DNA of 64,000 nt from the sequence record LR746137; one strand, 5' to 3'. The DNA comes from Escherichia phage vB_EcoM_UP17. A program made the translations under genes and the position numbers. The stretch's first letter is position 1, and every line of letters begins with the position of its first letter. Shown piece by piece: positions 62,187 through 64,000 of the stretch. The notes under the pieces are model-generated. The model saw nothing but the letters and a program-made list of their open reading frames with translations. It did no database searches and had not been told where the DNA came from.

Positions 62187-64000
62187 CTAATGGCAACTCG
62201 CCCAGGAATTACCCACATCATATCCAGCAGTAAGCTGAACATTAAGATTGTAAAATTCTCCAGCCTTAGTAACAGCTAAGGCAGCAAGTTCACCTGCCCG
62301 ACTATAGGCTGTAAACCATCCACCTTTGGGAGATTCATGAATGTTAGCCCAAATTTGTCCCGTCTCTTTTTCCTTATTATGCTTCCATTCTTCAACTTTA
62401 GCAAGGCATTCTTTATCAATTTTCTTTTGTTCTTCAGGATCGTCTACTTTCTTCCAACCTAATGATTCAGGTGAAAACCATTTGAATTCTACAAGGTTAC
62501 GAGAAACTTCAAGCTGGGCTTCATCGTGATATGCAATCATTTGTTGCACGAAGTCTTTATTCTTCCAGTCATCTTTAAAGAAGTCAACACTTAGCCCTTC
62601 TTCTTCGATCATGTCATCATAAATAACCATTGCACGTTTAGCACAGATAACCCCACCACTTTGGAACAGAGAGTTAAGAATCGCGTGAGCAGAACGAGTA
62701 GGAACCTTACGACCGTCAATACCCAAAACATATTGTTTACCAGTCTTAACCCAAAAATCGTTTAAACGTTCTTTAAGACGCGCCAATGGGAATGCAGCTT
62801 CCCAGAAAGCATCGAACACCAATTGACCTGTAAACTTGTCGCTACCAATTGTTTTAGCAACCTTGTCGGCTTGTGCACCATAGGTAATACCATACTTAAC
62901 AGATTTAGCAGGACTACGTTCAAATTTACGTCCAATAGTTTCAGTGATACGTTTTGCCATCATTGTGTGAACATCGTTAGGTTTCTCTAACAACAGAGCG
63001 TTACAATATTCGTGTGGCTCCGGCTCGTACCGCCAACAGTAGTGTGATTCAATTTTTGCTTCCAAAGAGTCGAAGTCGTAGCCGATCTGGAAGTATTTAG
63101 GAACCTCTACACCAAACAAGTTACGCATCTCCCACCCAAACAAAGATGTGACACGAGGAATATTAGCTACAGATCTATGCTTCATACGAGAGGTTGCAGC
63201 ATCACATGTAGCGGCTGGGGTAGGAATACGCCCATCCGCCCTTACTGCGGCTAAGAAACCTTTATCGTATTCTTGATCTTCTTCATCTTCTTCCCAATCA
63301 GCACCGCCACCTAAAATAGAGTTCCTACGATGCTTATACGTTAAGTATTCTACAATCTGTGTAGCATAAGGGAATTTCTCACCTAAAGCTTGCAGGTTAG
63401 GACAGATTTCTTTTTCCTGACCTTTGGTAAAACATGGGTTAGTCAATACTTTAAGACCGCGACCTTTACCTTTTGCTATACGCTCTTGAATCTTCCTTTC
63501 CAGGGTTTCCGGTGTGCACTCCAGATGATCACAACGATCCTGACAAAAATTAGAAGATAGGGTTTGCTCAACGTAAGCTCGAATACCTTTCTGAAGTTCT
63601 TCCTCGCTCTTTTTAATCTTGGTGCCAGATTTAAGAGTCAAGTCTTTATCTTTATATTCAGACGGTACCCAACCTAATCCTACAAGCCAGTTTTTAATAT
63701 GGGTTGTATCGTTCAATGTTGCAGGAATGTTAGGATCACATAGAGGCTCATCTGCTGCAACTGGCAGTTTCCACTCTTTCCCCAACATAACTAACCACCA
63801 ATCGCCATCCCTCTCTTCCAAATGACCATCATGTTTCTTAGCAAAATTGATCATATGGTTAGTTGGCTCTAAGTTCTTTTTAATTTGCAACTTAGGTGGA
63901 ATAAAAGCCTTAAGATAACCTTTTGTTGCTGGTTTAGGTGGCAAAATAGGCTCAACAAGTAAACGAAGACGCTCCATTTCTGCATCCAAAAAAGCAAGGT
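62187..64000 (-). CDS. DNA polymerase family A, C-terminal polymerase domain; N-terminus beyond window end
   Basis: Motif A-like IGYDFDSLEAKI, motif B RSPAKSVKYGITYGAQ (RxxxKxxxYGxxYG), motif C IAYHDEAQLEV; frame is open to the window edge. Confidence 0.75.
   Translation of the reverse strand, partial: LAFLDAEMERLRLLVEPILPPKPATKGYLKAFIPPKLQIKKNLEPTNHMINFAKKHDGHLEERDGDWWLVMLGKEWKLPVAADEPLCDPNIPATLNDTTHIKNWLVGLGWVPSEYKDKDLTLKSGTKIKKSEEELQKGIRAYVEQTLSSNFCQDRCDHLECTPETLERKIQERIAKGKGRGLKVLTNPCFTKGQEKEICPNLQALGEKFPYATQIVEYLTYKHRRNSILGGGADWEEDEEDQEYDKGFLAAVRADGRIPTPAATCDAATSRMKHRSVANIPRVTSLFGWEMRNLFGVEVPKYFQIGYDFDSLEAKIESHYCWRYEPEPHEYCNALLLEKPNDVHTMMAKRITETIGRKFERSPAKSVKYGITYGAQADKVAKTIGSDKFTGQLVFDAFWEAAFPLARLKERLNDFWVKTGKQYVLGIDGRKVPTRSAHAILNSLFQSGGVICAKRAMVIYDDMIEEEGLSVDFFKDDWKNKDFVQQMIAYHDEAQLEVSRNLVEFKWFSPESLGWKKVDDPEEQKKIDKECLAKVEEWKHNKEKETGQIWANIHESPKGGWFTAYSRAGELAALAVTKAGEFYNLNVQLTAGYDVGNSWASCH

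Noticed and set aside
1-64000. Prophage or integrated element with host flanks
   Set aside because: No integrase, excisionase, attachment-site repeats or host housekeeping genes seen; the content is uniformly phage-like, consistent with a virulent phage genome segment.

Overview
The window reads as one contiguous piece of a large virulent tailed dsDNA phage genome with a contractile tail. The mosaic of a lambda-E-like capsid, P2-like baseplate and many tail fibres is most consistent with an rV5/phi92-like enterobacterial myovirus; this is inferred from motifs read by eye, since no search could be run. Layout: (1) 1-16152, minus strand: nucleotide metabolism and nucleic-acid repair genes (NrdA fragment, ThyX, HAD-type nucleotidase, HNH endonuclease, DnaQ-like exonuclease, RdgC-like protein, DNA ligase, a phosphoesterase/RNA-ligase-like/P-loop-kinase trio) followed by about a dozen small early ORFs. 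(2) 16153-16640: AT-rich divergent control region with a perfect 16-bp inverted repeat and short tandem repeats. (3) 16641-58991, plus strand: three small ORFs, 12 tRNA genes plus 2 degenerate tRNA-like elements behind repeated sigma70-type promoters, an overlapping spanin pair, a large terminase interrupted by a mini-intein in its P-loop, portal, scaffold, major capsid, sheath, tube, a chaperone with a -1 frameshift site, tape measure, baseplate genes and at least five large fibre/tailspike genes. (4) 59055-64000, minus strand: SSB, a minimal CCA-adding-type nucleotidyltransferase ending in an SSB-like acidic tip, an AP2-domain endonuclease-like gene and the C-terminal part of a family A DNA polymerase that runs off the window. 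The best candidate for an undescribed system is a distributed tRNA-maintenance set: a split end-healing/sealing cassette, the short CCA-type nucleotidyltransferase, and the tRNA cluster. All functional calls rest on motif recognition and gene context and need homology or structure searches to confirm.
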